Shown piece by piece: positions 17,197 through 25,583 of a stretch of DNA of 31,787 nt; the stretch's first letter is position 1; every line of letters begins with the position of its first letter. The notes under the pieces were generated by a model. The model was not told the DNA's origin. It was given only the letters and a program-made list of their open reading frames with translations, and did not search any database. A program made the translations under genes and the position numbers. Source of the DNA: Candidatus Eiseniibacteriota bacterium (GTDB taxonomy: Bacteria > Eisenbacteria > RBG-16-71-46 > CAZEPH01); assembly GCA_044229145.1 (NCBI GenBank), contig JBGATO010000045.1, forward strand, positions 1 through 31,787, given 5' to 3'.

Positions 17197-20100
17197 ATGT
17201 TCATTCAGAAAGTCACCATTCACGGCTTCAAGTCCTTCGTCGATAAGGTCGAGCTCGGCTTCGGCAGCGGGCTCACCGGCATCATCGGGCCGAACGGGTG
17301 TGGCAAGACCAACATCACCGACGCGCTCCGCTGGGTGCTCGGCGAGCAGCGCGCGACGGTGTTGCGCGGCGCCACGATGGAAGACGTGATCTTCTCCGGC
17401 TCCACCTCGCGCAAGCCGCTCGGCATGGCCGAAGTCTCCGTGGTGTTGTCGAACGCGCGCGGCATCCTTCCGGTGGATTGGCCCGAGGTCGTGGTGACGC
17501 GCCGCGTCTACCGCAGCGGCGTCAGCGAGTATCTGCTCAACAAGACGCCGTGCCGTCTGCGCGACATCCGCGACCTGTTCTACGACACCGGCGTCGGCTC
17601 GAACGCCTACTCGGTGATCGAGCGCCAGATGGTCGACAACGTGTTGTCCGACTCGGGCGGCCACCGCCGCTTCCTGTTCGAGGAAGCCGCCGGCGTGATG
17701 AAGTACAAGGCGCGCCGCCGCGAAGCGCTGCTCAAGCTGGAAGCCACCGAGGGTGACCTCACGCGCCTCGGCGACATCATGAGCGAGGTCGAGCGCGAGG
17801 TGCGCTCGCTGCTCTACCAAGCGCAGAAGGCGCGGCGCTGGGTACGATTGCGCGACGAAATCCTGTCGCTCGAGTTGTCGGTATCGGCCTCGCGCCGCAC
17901 CGCGCTCATGCAGATGGAAACCGAGATGGCGGCGCGGCTCGAGGAACTCGTCGGGCGGCTCGACGCGCTCGGCGCGACGCTCCAGGCCAAGGACGCGGAG
18001 CGCACCGCGCTCATGGCACGCCAGATCGAGATCGACAACCGCTTGGGAGCCGCGCGCGAATCGCTGCGCGCCGCCGAGGCGCGCGCTGCCGACAGCTCGC
18101 AGGAACTCGGCGTCCTGCGCGAGCGGCTGGCCGGCCGCAAGCTGCGGCTCGGGGCGCTCGGCCCGGAAGAGGAGCGGCTGGTCGCGCGCATCGAGCAGTG
18201 CCGCGCGCAGATGGCGTTGGTGCAGGAGAGCCTGGCCGGCGTCGATGTCGAAGCGCGCAGCGGCGAACTCGGTGAGGCCGAAGCGCGGTTGACCGCGGCG
18301 GAGACGCACGTCCGCGGGCTGCGCTCGTCGATGGCGGAGCACCAGCAATTCTCGATCGATTTCCAGCGCACCGAGGTGGAAACCCGCGCCCAGCGCGACC
18401 GCGTCCAGTCGGACCGCGCCCGCCTCGACGCGACGGCCGCGCGCATCGAGGAAGAACTCGCCGATCTGACGCGCGTCCACGACGAACGCCGCGGCGCGCT
18501 CGAGCGTCTCGACGCGCGTCTCGGCGAATTCGAATCGCAGTTGGCCGCCGGGCAACTGCGCGAAGCGGAACTGCTCGAGCAGATCGCCATGCTCACCGCG
18601 CGGCACACCGAGGTCGGCGCGCAGGAGCGCGAGGTGGCGCGCACACTCGACGGGGTGCGCAGCCGCGCGCAGACGTTGAGCGAACTCAAGGCGGCGTGGG
18701 AAGGCTACGACTCGGGCGTCCGCACCTTGCTCGACCGCGAGAACGCGCGCGACGTCGGGCTGCTCGGTGTGGTCGCGGACTTGATTCGCGTGCCGGTCGG
18801 CCAGTCGGATTGGGTCGAAGCCGCGCTTGCGGGCGCGGTGCAGTACGTCGTCACCAGCAGCACCGGCGCGGCGCAGGCGGCTCTCGAGGCGCTGGCGGAG
18901 GCCGCCCAAGGCAAGGTGACGCTGCAGCCGCTCGACCGCGTGCGCGGGGCGGCGGTTGCCGTGCCGCGGGAAATGCTGTCGCGGGCCGGCGTGGTCGGAT
19001 CGGCGATCCAGATGGTCGAGTGTGAGGACGCATATCGCCCGCTCGCGGAGGCGCTGCTCGGCCGTGTGGTGCTGGTCGAAAACGCCGCGGTGGCTTCGGC
19101 GCTCGCCGAGGAGCACGCCGGCGAACCGTGGCGCTTCGTGACACCCGAGGGCCAGGTGTGGTCCGGCGAAGGATGGGTGCGCGGCGGTGTCGGCGGCGGC
19201 GGTGAAGGATTCCTGCGCCGCGAAGGCGAGCTGCGCGAACTGCACGCGCAAATCGAGACGCTCGACGCCGAGCACAGTGCGCTGGTCGCGACGCTGCAGG
19301 GCTTGCGCGAGGAGCTCACCGCCGCCACCGACGCGCAGCGGATCGCTGTGCGCGAACGCGAAGCGCTCACCGCGCAGCAAGCGCAGGCGCAGACCGAGCG
19401 CCGCGGCGTGCAGGTCGAATTCGAGCAGGCCGAACGCCGCATTGCCGCCCACACCACCTCGCGCGACGAGGTGCGCACCGAGGCCGCCGCAAAGGTCGCG
19501 CTGCTTGCCGAACTCGATGCCAAGCTGGAACAGACGGTGGGCGAGAGCGCGCGGCGCGAGGAGTCGCTGCGCGAACTCGAGCAGAACCTGCGTCTCGCCG
19601 AGGCCGGACTCTCGCGCGAACTCGAGGCGACCTCCACGCTTCGCGTCGCCGTGGCGCGGCTCAGCGAACAGAAGCGCTCCAGCGAAGAAGGCATCCAGCG
19701 CCTCGACCGCGAGCTCGCCGAATCGCTCCACCTCCAGGAGGTCCGCCACCAGGAGCGTACGGAGAACGAGCAGGCCATCGTCGAACTCGAAGCGCAGATC
19801 GAGCAGGCGACGCAGCAGGCGAGCGACAGCTCCGAGGAAGTCGCCAAGGCGCGCGCCGCCTTGTCGGCGCTCGAGGTCGAGCGCGACGAGGTCACCTTCC
19901 CGCTGCAACTCGCGCAGTCCGAGGCGGACCAAGCGCGCGACGCGCAGCAACAGGCGTTCGAGGACCGTCATCGCACCGAACTCGCGCTCACCCAGAGCCG
20001 TGTCGAACGCGCCGGCCTCGAAGAGCGCATCTCCAGCGAGTATGGCGTGGACCTCTCGACTTTCGTGCTCGACGCCGCTCCGGTCGCACCGGCGGAGGAC

Positions 20101-20940
20101 GCCGAGCTCCCCGCGGAGGCCGACGACGTCGCGGCGGAAGGCGAGGACGCCGACGCGGCCGAAGACGCCATCGTCGTTCCCGCCCGCGCCGGCGAGGATC
20201 CGGCCGCCCGCCTCGCCACGCTCAAGGAGAAGTTCCGCCGTCTCGGCCCGGTGAACGAACTCGCGGTCACCGAATACGCCGAGAAGAAGGAGCGTCTCGA
20301 CTTCCTCACCCGTCAGCGTGACGACCTCGTCGAGGCCAAGCTCCAGCTGCTCGAGGCCATCAGCAAGATCAACGAGACGGCCAAGGCGCTCTTCCTCGAG
20401 ACGTTCGCCAAGATCCAGGAGAACCTCAAGCGGACCTTCGGCGCGCTGTTCATCGGCGGCCAAGCCGATCTCTTCCTCAACGGGGACGATCCGCTCGAGG
20501 CCGAGATCGAGATCAAGGCACGGCCGCGCGGCAAGCAGCCGCAGTCTCTGGCGCTGCTCTCCGGCGGCGAGAAGGCGCTCACCGCGATCGCGCTGCTGTT
20601 CGCGATCTACCAGGTGAAGCCGAGCCCGTACTGCATCCTCGACGAAGTGGACGCGCCGCTCGACGACGCCAACAACGAGCGCTTCACTAACATGCTGCGC
20701 GAGTTCAGCACCGCGACGCAGTTCATCGTCGTCACGCACAACAAGCAGACGATGGCGGCGTGCGACGCTATCTACGGCGTGACGATGCAGGAGCCGGGCG
20801 TCTCGAAGCTGGTGTCGGTCAAGTTCGACGAGCGCCAGGCGGCGGCGAACGGCGGGGCGCGTAGCGGCAAGAGCGCGGCGGCGCCCAAGGCCACGCCGGA
20901 GCAACTCGAAGCGATCGGCGCGCCGGGAGTGGGCGAGTAG
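17197..20940 (+). CDS. smc: Chromosome segregation protein SMC
   Basis: 'GFKSF', Walker A GPNGCGKTN, long coiled coils, hinge GX6GX3GG, 'LGPVN', signature LSGGEK, Walker B/D-loop 'ILDEVDAPLD'. Start at ATG17197 (ATG17173 possible). Confidence 0.96.
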   Translation: MFIQKVTIHGFKSFVDKVELGFGSGLTGIIGPNGCGKTNITDALRWVLGEQRATVLRGATMEDVIFSGSTSRKPLGMAEVSVVLSNARGILPVDWPEVVVTRRVYRSGVSEYLLNKTPCRLRDIRDLFYDTGVGSNAYSVIERQMVDNVLSDSGGHRRFLFEEAAGVMKYKARRREALLKLEATEGDLTRLGDIMSEVEREVRSLLYQAQKARRWVRLRDEILSLELSVSASRRTALMQMETEMAARLEELVGRLDALGATLQAKDAERTALMARQIEIDNRLGAARESLRAAEARAADSSQELGVLRERLAGRKLRLGALGPEEERLVARIEQCRAQMALVQESLAGVDVEARSGELGEAEARLTAAETHVRGLRSSMAEHQQFSIDFQRTEVETRAQRDRVQSDRARLDATAARIEEELADLTRVHDERRGALERLDARLGEFESQLAAGQLREAELLEQIAMLTARHTEVGAQEREVARTLDGVRSRAQTLSELKAAWEGYDSGVRTLLDRENARDVGLLGVVADLIRVPVGQSDWVEAALAGAVQYVVTSSTGAAQAALEALAEAAQGKVTLQPLDRVRGAAVAVPREMLSRAGVVGSAIQMVECEDAYRPLAEALLGRVVLVENAAVASALAEEHAGEPWRFVTPEGQVWSGEGWVRGGVGGGGEGFLRREGELRELHAQIETLDAEHSALVATLQGLREELTAATDAQRIAVREREALTAQQAQAQTERRGVQVEFEQAERRIAAHTTSRDEVRTEAAAKVALLAELDAKLEQTVGESARREESLRELEQNLRLAEAGLSRELEATSTLRVAVARLSEQKRSSEEGIQRLDRELAESLHLQEVRHQERTENEQAIVELEAQIEQATQQASDSSEEVAKARAALSALEVERDEVTFPLQLAQSEADQARDAQQQAFEDRHRTELALTQSRVERAGLEERISSEYGVDLSTFVLDAAPVAPAEDAELPAEADDVAAEGEDADAAEDAIVVPARAGEDPAARLATLKEKFRRLGPVNELAVTEYAEKKERLDFLTRQRDDLVEAKLQLLEAISKINETAKALFLETFAKIQENLKRTFGALFIGGQADLFLNGDDPLEAEIEIKARPRGKQPQSLALLSGGEKALTAIALLFAIYQVKPSPYCILDEVDAPLDDANNERFTNMLREFSTATQFIVVTHNKQTMAACDAIYGVTMQEPGVSKLVSVKFDERQAAANGGARSGKSAAAPKATPEQLEAIGAPGVGE

Positions 20941-20971
20941 TGCGCACCCGCATCGGCCTGTCAGGAGTCCG

Positions 20972-21343
20972 ATGTCGCTGAGTGACGCCGATCGTCAGCG
21001 ACACCTCGATCGCGCGGCGCGCTTCGAGGTGCTGAAGCAGACCGAGCCGGACGACATCGTCGTCCGGTTCGGCCTTGCGACCGAGCGGTACGCGCTCGGC
21101 GAATTCGCCGCCGCGGCCGTCGAAGCCCGCGAAGCCATCCGGATCGAGCACGACTACAGCGCCGCCTACCTGTTGCTCGGCCGCTCCTTGTACGCCGCGC
21201 GCGAAATCGACGAGGCCGTGCAAGTTCTCACCGAGGGCTACACGCTGGCCGAGCGCGTGGGAGACTTGATGCCGGCGCGCGAAATGCGCGCCGTGCTGCG
21301 CCGCATTTCGGCCGAACGCGCGGGAGAGTCACCCGCAGAGTAA
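20972..21343 (+). CDS. Small tetratricopeptide-repeat protein
   Basis: TPR pattern 'PDDIVVRFGLA..Y..GEF..A....EAIRI..DYSAAYLLLGRSL'; AGGAG RBS. Confidence 0.8.
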   Translation: MSLSDADRQRHLDRAARFEVLKQTEPDDIVVRFGLATERYALGEFAAAAVEAREAIRIEHDYSAAYLLLGRSLYAAREIDEAVQVLTEGYTLAERVGDLMPAREMRAVLRRISAERAGESPAE

Positions 21344-21443
21344 CCGCCGGCCGGCCCAGATCCCCGGCCCGTTGCGGGACCACGCCGCGCGCCGTGGCAG
21401 CGAAACCCTTGCACCGCCCGCCGCGCCTCGGCACTCTACCGGC

Positions 21444-22394
21444 ATGGGACTCTTCAGCAAGATCAAGGACAGCCTCACGCGCACCCGTGAGGTGATCGTC
21501 GAGCGTATCGAGGCCGTGGTTCGCCCTGGGCGCAAGGTCGACGAAGATGTCCTCGAGGAACTCGAGGAACTGCTGCTGCGCGCCGACGTCGGCGTGCGCA
21601 CCACCGAGGATTTGCTCGACATGCTGCGGCAGCGGGCGAAGGACGGTACCCTCGAAACCGCCGACCAGGTCCGCGGTGCCCTTCGTGATCGCGTCCTGGC
21701 GATCCTGCAGGATGCACGCGCCGCGACCGCCGCGCTTACGACTCCCGCCCCCGCCGCCGGCACTCCGTTCGTAGTGCTGATCATGGGCGTCAACGGCGTC
21801 GGCAAGACGACATCGATCGGCAAGCTGGCGCACCGCTACGCCTCGCAGGGCAAGTCGGTCCTGGTGGCAGCCTCCGACACGTTTCGCGCCGCCGCGGCGG
21901 ATCAACTCGGCCTGTGGGCAGATCGCGCCGGTGTGCAGATCGTCCGCCACAAGCCGGGCTCGGATCCGGCGTCGGTGGCGTTCGACGCGCTCTCGGCCGC
22001 GAGGGCGCGTGGTGTCGACGTCGTGCTGGTGGACACCGCCGGCCGGCTCCACACCAAGATCAACCTCATGGAAGAACTCAAGAAGGTCCGCCGCGTGCTG
22101 GGACGCGAACTCGAGGGCGCGCCGCACGAATCGCTCCTCGTGCTCGACGCGACGACGGGCCAGAACGCCCTCGTCCAGGCGCGCGAGTTCTCGCAGCACG
22201 TCGGGGTCAGCGGGCTGGTGTTGGCGAAGATCGACGGCACCGCCAAGGGCGGCATCGTGGTGGCCATCGCCCGGGAACTCTCGTTGCCGGTGCGCTTCCT
22301 CGGCGTGGGCGAGAAGATCGACGACCTCGTCGAGTTCGATGCCGAGGAGTTCGCGGACGGATTGTTCGCCGCGCGCGAGGGCGCGAGCACCTAG
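21444..22394 (+). CDS. ftsY: Signal recognition particle receptor FtsY (short, NG-domain type)
   Basis: 'MGLFSKIKDSLTRTR', GVNGVGKTT, 'DTFRAAA', 'DTAGR', 'DATTGQN', 'KIDGTAKGG', 'GVGEKIDDL'. Confidence 0.96.
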   Translation: MGLFSKIKDSLTRTREVIVERIEAVVRPGRKVDEDVLEELEELLLRADVGVRTTEDLLDMLRQRAKDGTLETADQVRGALRDRVLAILQDARAATAALTTPAPAAGTPFVVLIMGVNGVGKTTSIGKLAHRYASQGKSVLVAASDTFRAAAADQLGLWADRAGVQIVRHKPGSDPASVAFDALSAARARGVDVVLVDTAGRLHTKINLMEELKKVRRVLGRELEGAPHESLLVLDATTGQNALVQAREFSQHVGVSGLVLAKIDGTAKGGIVVAIARELSLPVRFLGVGEKIDDLVEFDAEEFADGLFAAREGAST

Positions 22395-22417
22395 GCGGGC
22401 GGTGCGGCGGTCGCGCC

Positions 22418-23302
22418 CTAGCGCCCCATCGAGTGGGGTGTCGGCGGCGGATTGACGATGCGCACCCGTCCGGTGAGTTGGCTGCGCGCGCCGAGCCCAT
22501 ACTCCGCGAGCACGGTCTCCGAGCGCTCCTGCTCGATGCCGGGCTCCGGTGGCCTCTGCAACATGCGCGATACCGACCGCACGACCCCGGTGATCGGGAT
22601 GTCTTCCGAGATCCACACGTCGGTGGCGAAGGTCGTCACCGTATGCGTCGAGTCGCTGGCGGCGGGGTTGAGGACGGTGACGAACGACGTACGATGCGCG
22701 CGTTTGCTGCCGGCGCGGGTGTCGACCACGTCCTGACCGCGATCCAGGGAGTCGTCGCGGGCGAGCAGGTCGAGCGGGAGGTCCGGCCCGCCGAGCCCGA
22801 GCACGCGGCGCAGCACCGGCAATCCGCCCGGGAGCCGGATCTCGATCGGTTCCTCGCGTCCGCGCCGAATGATGAAACGCTTGATGTAACTCAACTGCGG
22901 ATCGGCGAACTGCTTGGCCGCGGCCGCGGTTGCCGCGCGCACCCCGCCGGAGGACGGGGCGATCGAATTCGCGACATCGTCCATCACGAGCGTCTTGATG
23001 ATCGTGCGGGGTGGTCCGCTGAGCGTGATCTCGATCCAGTGCGCCGGGCGATGTCCCACCGAGTCCGCATCGACGATCGCGATCCGTTGCCACGTCGTGT
23101 CGGGCGCTTCGCCCGGGCGGGTGACGTAGTTCCAATAGGTCACCCATTCGCCGACCGCCAGCTTGTCGCTGCGCAGACGGAAGCCGAGAGGTCCTTCGCC
23201 CTGGGCATGCGCTGCCGGGACACCGGAACCGAGGACGAGAGCGAGGGTGAGTGCGAGGGGGAAGCCGGTAAGGCGCGCGACGGCGCGCAAGCCACGATGC
23301 AT
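22418..23302 (-). CDS. Hypothetical exported protein
   Basis: Signal peptide (..LALTLALVLGSGVPAAHA/QGE); beta-rich 'VGEWVTY', 'WIEI', 'VDTRAGS', 'VWISEDIPITGVVR'; coding-like codon bias. Confidence 0.72.
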   Translation of the reverse strand: MHRGLRAVARLTGFPLALTLALVLGSGVPAAHAQGEGPLGFRLRSDKLAVGEWVTYWNYVTRPGEAPDTTWQRIAIVDADSVGHRPAHWIEITLSGPPRTIIKTLVMDDVANSIAPSSGGVRAATAAAAKQFADPQLSYIKRFIIRRGREEPIEIRLPGGLPVLRRVLGLGGPDLPLDLLARDDSLDRGQDVVDTRAGSKRAHRTSFVTVLNPAASDSTHTVTTFATDVWISEDIPITGVVRSVSRMLQRPPEPGIEQERSETVLAEYGLGARSQLTGRVRIVNPPPTPHSMGR

Positions 23303-23376
23303 GATGGCGAAGTGTGCACGAGGGCGACGGGGAAGTCCACCGCCGCCCTCCACGTGCGCGGTGCCGTGTGGCGCGG

Positions 23377-24051
23377 CTAGCGCCGGAACAATCCCTTGAT
23401 GGCGCCCCAGGTGGCCGGGGCCGCCGGCGTGGCATGCTGTGTGTCGACGCGCTCACGGTAGCCGGTGGGTATCGTCGCTCGCGTCTTGGTGACGAGCGAG
23501 AGGTGCTGCTCGCCGCTGCCGGCCTGGCCGGCGTGTGTGCCGCCCTCGACGACGAGACGGCAGTCGGCCACCGACTGATCGGCCCCGGAGGCGTACACGG
23601 TGGCGTAGATCACGATGTCCGAGATCGCACAGCTCAGGAAAGACGTGCCGCCGGTGAAGGTCGACAGCGTACGGGACGAGGGTGGGCCTGCGCTCCAGTC
23701 GGCGTTGCGCGCGGCATCTTCGTACACGTCGAAGCGGCCGCCTTCGTACCGCAGCTGGTAGACGGTGTACGCGCCCGAACCCACCCCGCCGCTTCCGAGC
23801 GGTAGCGGCGCCGCGGCCAGGCGAGCGCCGCGCAGGACGCAGGTGTACTCGCGGGTGGAGAAGTCCGCGGTCAACGCCTCGCCGAGTTCGTCCACCACGC
23901 CGGCGCAGTTCCACGTCGATCCCAGCGCGCGGTGGCCACCGGTTTCCCAGCTGTATCCATGGAAGCTGGCGGGAAGCGTGGCCGCGTCGGTAGGCGCTGC
24001 TCCCGCGAGGGCGGCCAGGCAAAGGGCGGCCAGCGTGACACGTCGCATCAT
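23377..24051 (-). CDS. Exported protein with TWGxxK tail; paralog of 24228-24920
   Basis: GGAG RBS; signal peptide MMRRVTLAALCLAALAGAAPTDA; colinear similarity to the upstream gene; ends TPAAPATWGAIKGLFRR. Confidence 0.85.
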   Translation of the reverse strand: MMRRVTLAALCLAALAGAAPTDAATLPASFHGYSWETGGHRALGSTWNCAGVVDELGEALTADFSTREYTCVLRGARLAAAPLPLGSGGVGSGAYTVYQLRYEGGRFDVYEDAARNADWSAGPPSSRTLSTFTGGTSFLSCAISDIVIYATVYASGADQSVADCRLVVEGGTHAGQAGSGEQHLSLVTKTRATIPTGYRERVDTQHATPAAPATWGAIKGLFRR

Positions 24052-24150
24052 GGCGAGGCTCCATGTGGAGTGGCGGGCAACTCCGGCGGAGCGAATCGGC
24101 TCGCGTCCGCGCACCTGGTTCTACCGGCGGCGGACGCGAGGGGTTCCGGC

Positions 24151-24187
24151 ACAAACGCAAAGAGCCGATCCCGAAGGACCGGCTCTT
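24151..24187 (-). terminator. Rho-independent terminator between the two paralogs
   Basis: Minus strand AAGAGCCGGTCC-TTCG-GGATCGGCTCTT-TGCGTTTGT: 12-bp stem, cUUCGg tetraloop, U-rich tail. Confidence 0.8.
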
Positions 24188-24227
24188 CCGCCTCACGACC
24201 GCGCCCTGCGGCGCGGGGTAGACAGCG

Positions 24228-24920
24228 CTACTTCACGTACTGCGACTTGATGGCACCCCAGGTCGACGGGAGCACCGGGGTCACGAACTGCTGACCGTCG
24301 ACGCGCTCCAGGTAACCGGTCGGGATGGCCGAGCGGTTGTTCTTCGTCAGACCGGCGAAGGTGTAACCAGCGGTGCCGCCACCGATCGCCTCGGCGAGGT
24401 GCGAGCCGCTGTCGAAGTTGAGGTCGGCCTCGAACGAACCGATCTCGTAACCGGTCGCCGTGTACTTGGTGATGAAGAACACGGTGTTCGACATGGTGGC
24501 GCCCAGGTAGAGGGTGCCGTCGATGAACGTGGCCGGCGAGGTCGCGTTGGCCGGGTTCACGCCCCAGTTGTGGTTCTTCGACGGGTCTTCGTACACGTCC
24601 AGGCGGCCGCCGTCGTAGTTGATCTGGTAGATCACGTACGCGCCGGAGCCGATGCCGCCAGAGCCCACAGCCACGGCCGGGCCGTTCTGCGAGTTGCCGG
24701 ACATGTAGTACGTGTACTCGTTGGCGCCGAAGTCCGCGGTCATCGGCGGGAGGATGTCGTCGAGAATCCCGTCCATCTTCCACTCGGTACCCGACGTCCA
24801 GTGGGGACCGTTCTCCCAGCTGTAGCCGTAGTAGTCGGTGATGAACTGGTAGTCAGCGTACGCGGCCACGCTCGCGGTGGCGAGGAGCGCCGCGGTAATC
24901 ACAGCGATCCGAAGCTTCAT
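24228..24920 (-). CDS. Exported Tyr/Gly/Thr-rich protein with TWGxxK tail (likely abundant surface protein)
   Basis: AAGGAG RBS; signal peptide MKLRIAVITAALLATASVAAYA; strong codon bias; no Cys; ends TPVLPSTWGAIKSQYVK. Confidence 0.9.
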   Translation of the reverse strand: MKLRIAVITAALLATASVAAYADYQFITDYYGYSWENGPHWTSGTEWKMDGILDDILPPMTADFGANEYTYYMSGNSQNGPAVAVGSGGIGSGAYVIYQINYDGGRLDVYEDPSKNHNWGVNPANATSPATFIDGTLYLGATMSNTVFFITKYTATGYEIGSFEADLNFDSGSHLAEAIGGGTAGYTFAGLTKNNRSAIPTGYLERVDGQQFVTPVLPSTWGAIKSQYVK

Positions 24921-25131
24921 GGAGCGAGTTCTCCTTCGTCAGGGAGCCAGGTCAGTTCTCGAGGTGCATGTGGACAGGCCTATCATCCGTGCTGTGGATG
25001 GTGCGAAGCTGGTGCCCGTTGTGCCGTCGCTTGGGAGGTAGCGAACAGCCCTTGGCGGCAGGTACGGACTCCCTCTTCCGCGCCCCTACGCGGCCGAAGA
25101 AGCAACCGATCCAGCAAGATCAGCCGGTAAT

Positions 25132-25161
25132 ATTATGCCTGGTGAGAGAAGACACCGTCAA
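25132..25161 (-). promoter_or_regulatory. Near-consensus sigma-70 promoter for the 24920 gene
   Basis: Minus strand TTGACG-18 bp-CATAAT; implies a leader of about 205 nt. Confidence 0.65.
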
Positions 25162-25434
25162 GTAGCGACGACTGGCAGTTACGTGTTTGGAACCATTGGA
25201 TTATCCCGTTCGGACAGGCGCCTGGGAGCGGAGGCGTCGCTGGAAACGCGAAACCCCGGACCTGACGGAACGGGGATCCTTACCAATGGCCCTGCGGATA
25301 CTCGGGAGCGTTTGGGTTGCTCTACGCGAGAAAGTCTACAAGACAGTCATGTCAGGGGCAAGCAGGAAACCGGCCATTGGCTGAAAACTCTTGCGCAAAA
25401 TCGCGCGGGGCGCCGCAGCGGCCGGGACGAACCG

Positions 25435-25463
25435 TTGTCGCGTCCAGGGCCGCCGCCTAGACT
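25435..25463 (+). promoter_or_regulatory. Putative sigma-70 promoter for the M6 protease gene
   Basis: TTGTCG-17 bp-TAGACT. Confidence 0.5.
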
Positions 25464-25583
25464 TTCGTGTGTACCTCGCCGCTGCCCGGCCTCGCGCCGG
25501 GACAGTCCGCGCACCCGTCCCAGCCAGTCGGGTCACCGTTCGCCGAGCCGTGTTCCGTGCCGAGGCTTCCGGAGGAATCCCGA

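Noticed and set aside
17008..20904. 1298-aa minus-strand ORF and other long antisense or alternate-frame ORFs (e.g. 6337-8316, 11220-13154, 21228-23456, 29549-31426)
   Set aside because: Shadow frames of well-supported genes in high-GC DNA; Arg/Ala-rich with no family motifs.
25210..25290. 'ACGCGAAACCCCGGACCTGA' resembling part of a c-di-GMP-I riboswitch
   Set aside because: No GGCAAAC/GNRA first hairpin or matching P1, and it lies outside both predicted transcripts.
25378..25394. TGGC...TTGC as a sigma-54 promoter
   Set aside because: The GG-to-GC spacing is 12 nt rather than the required 10.
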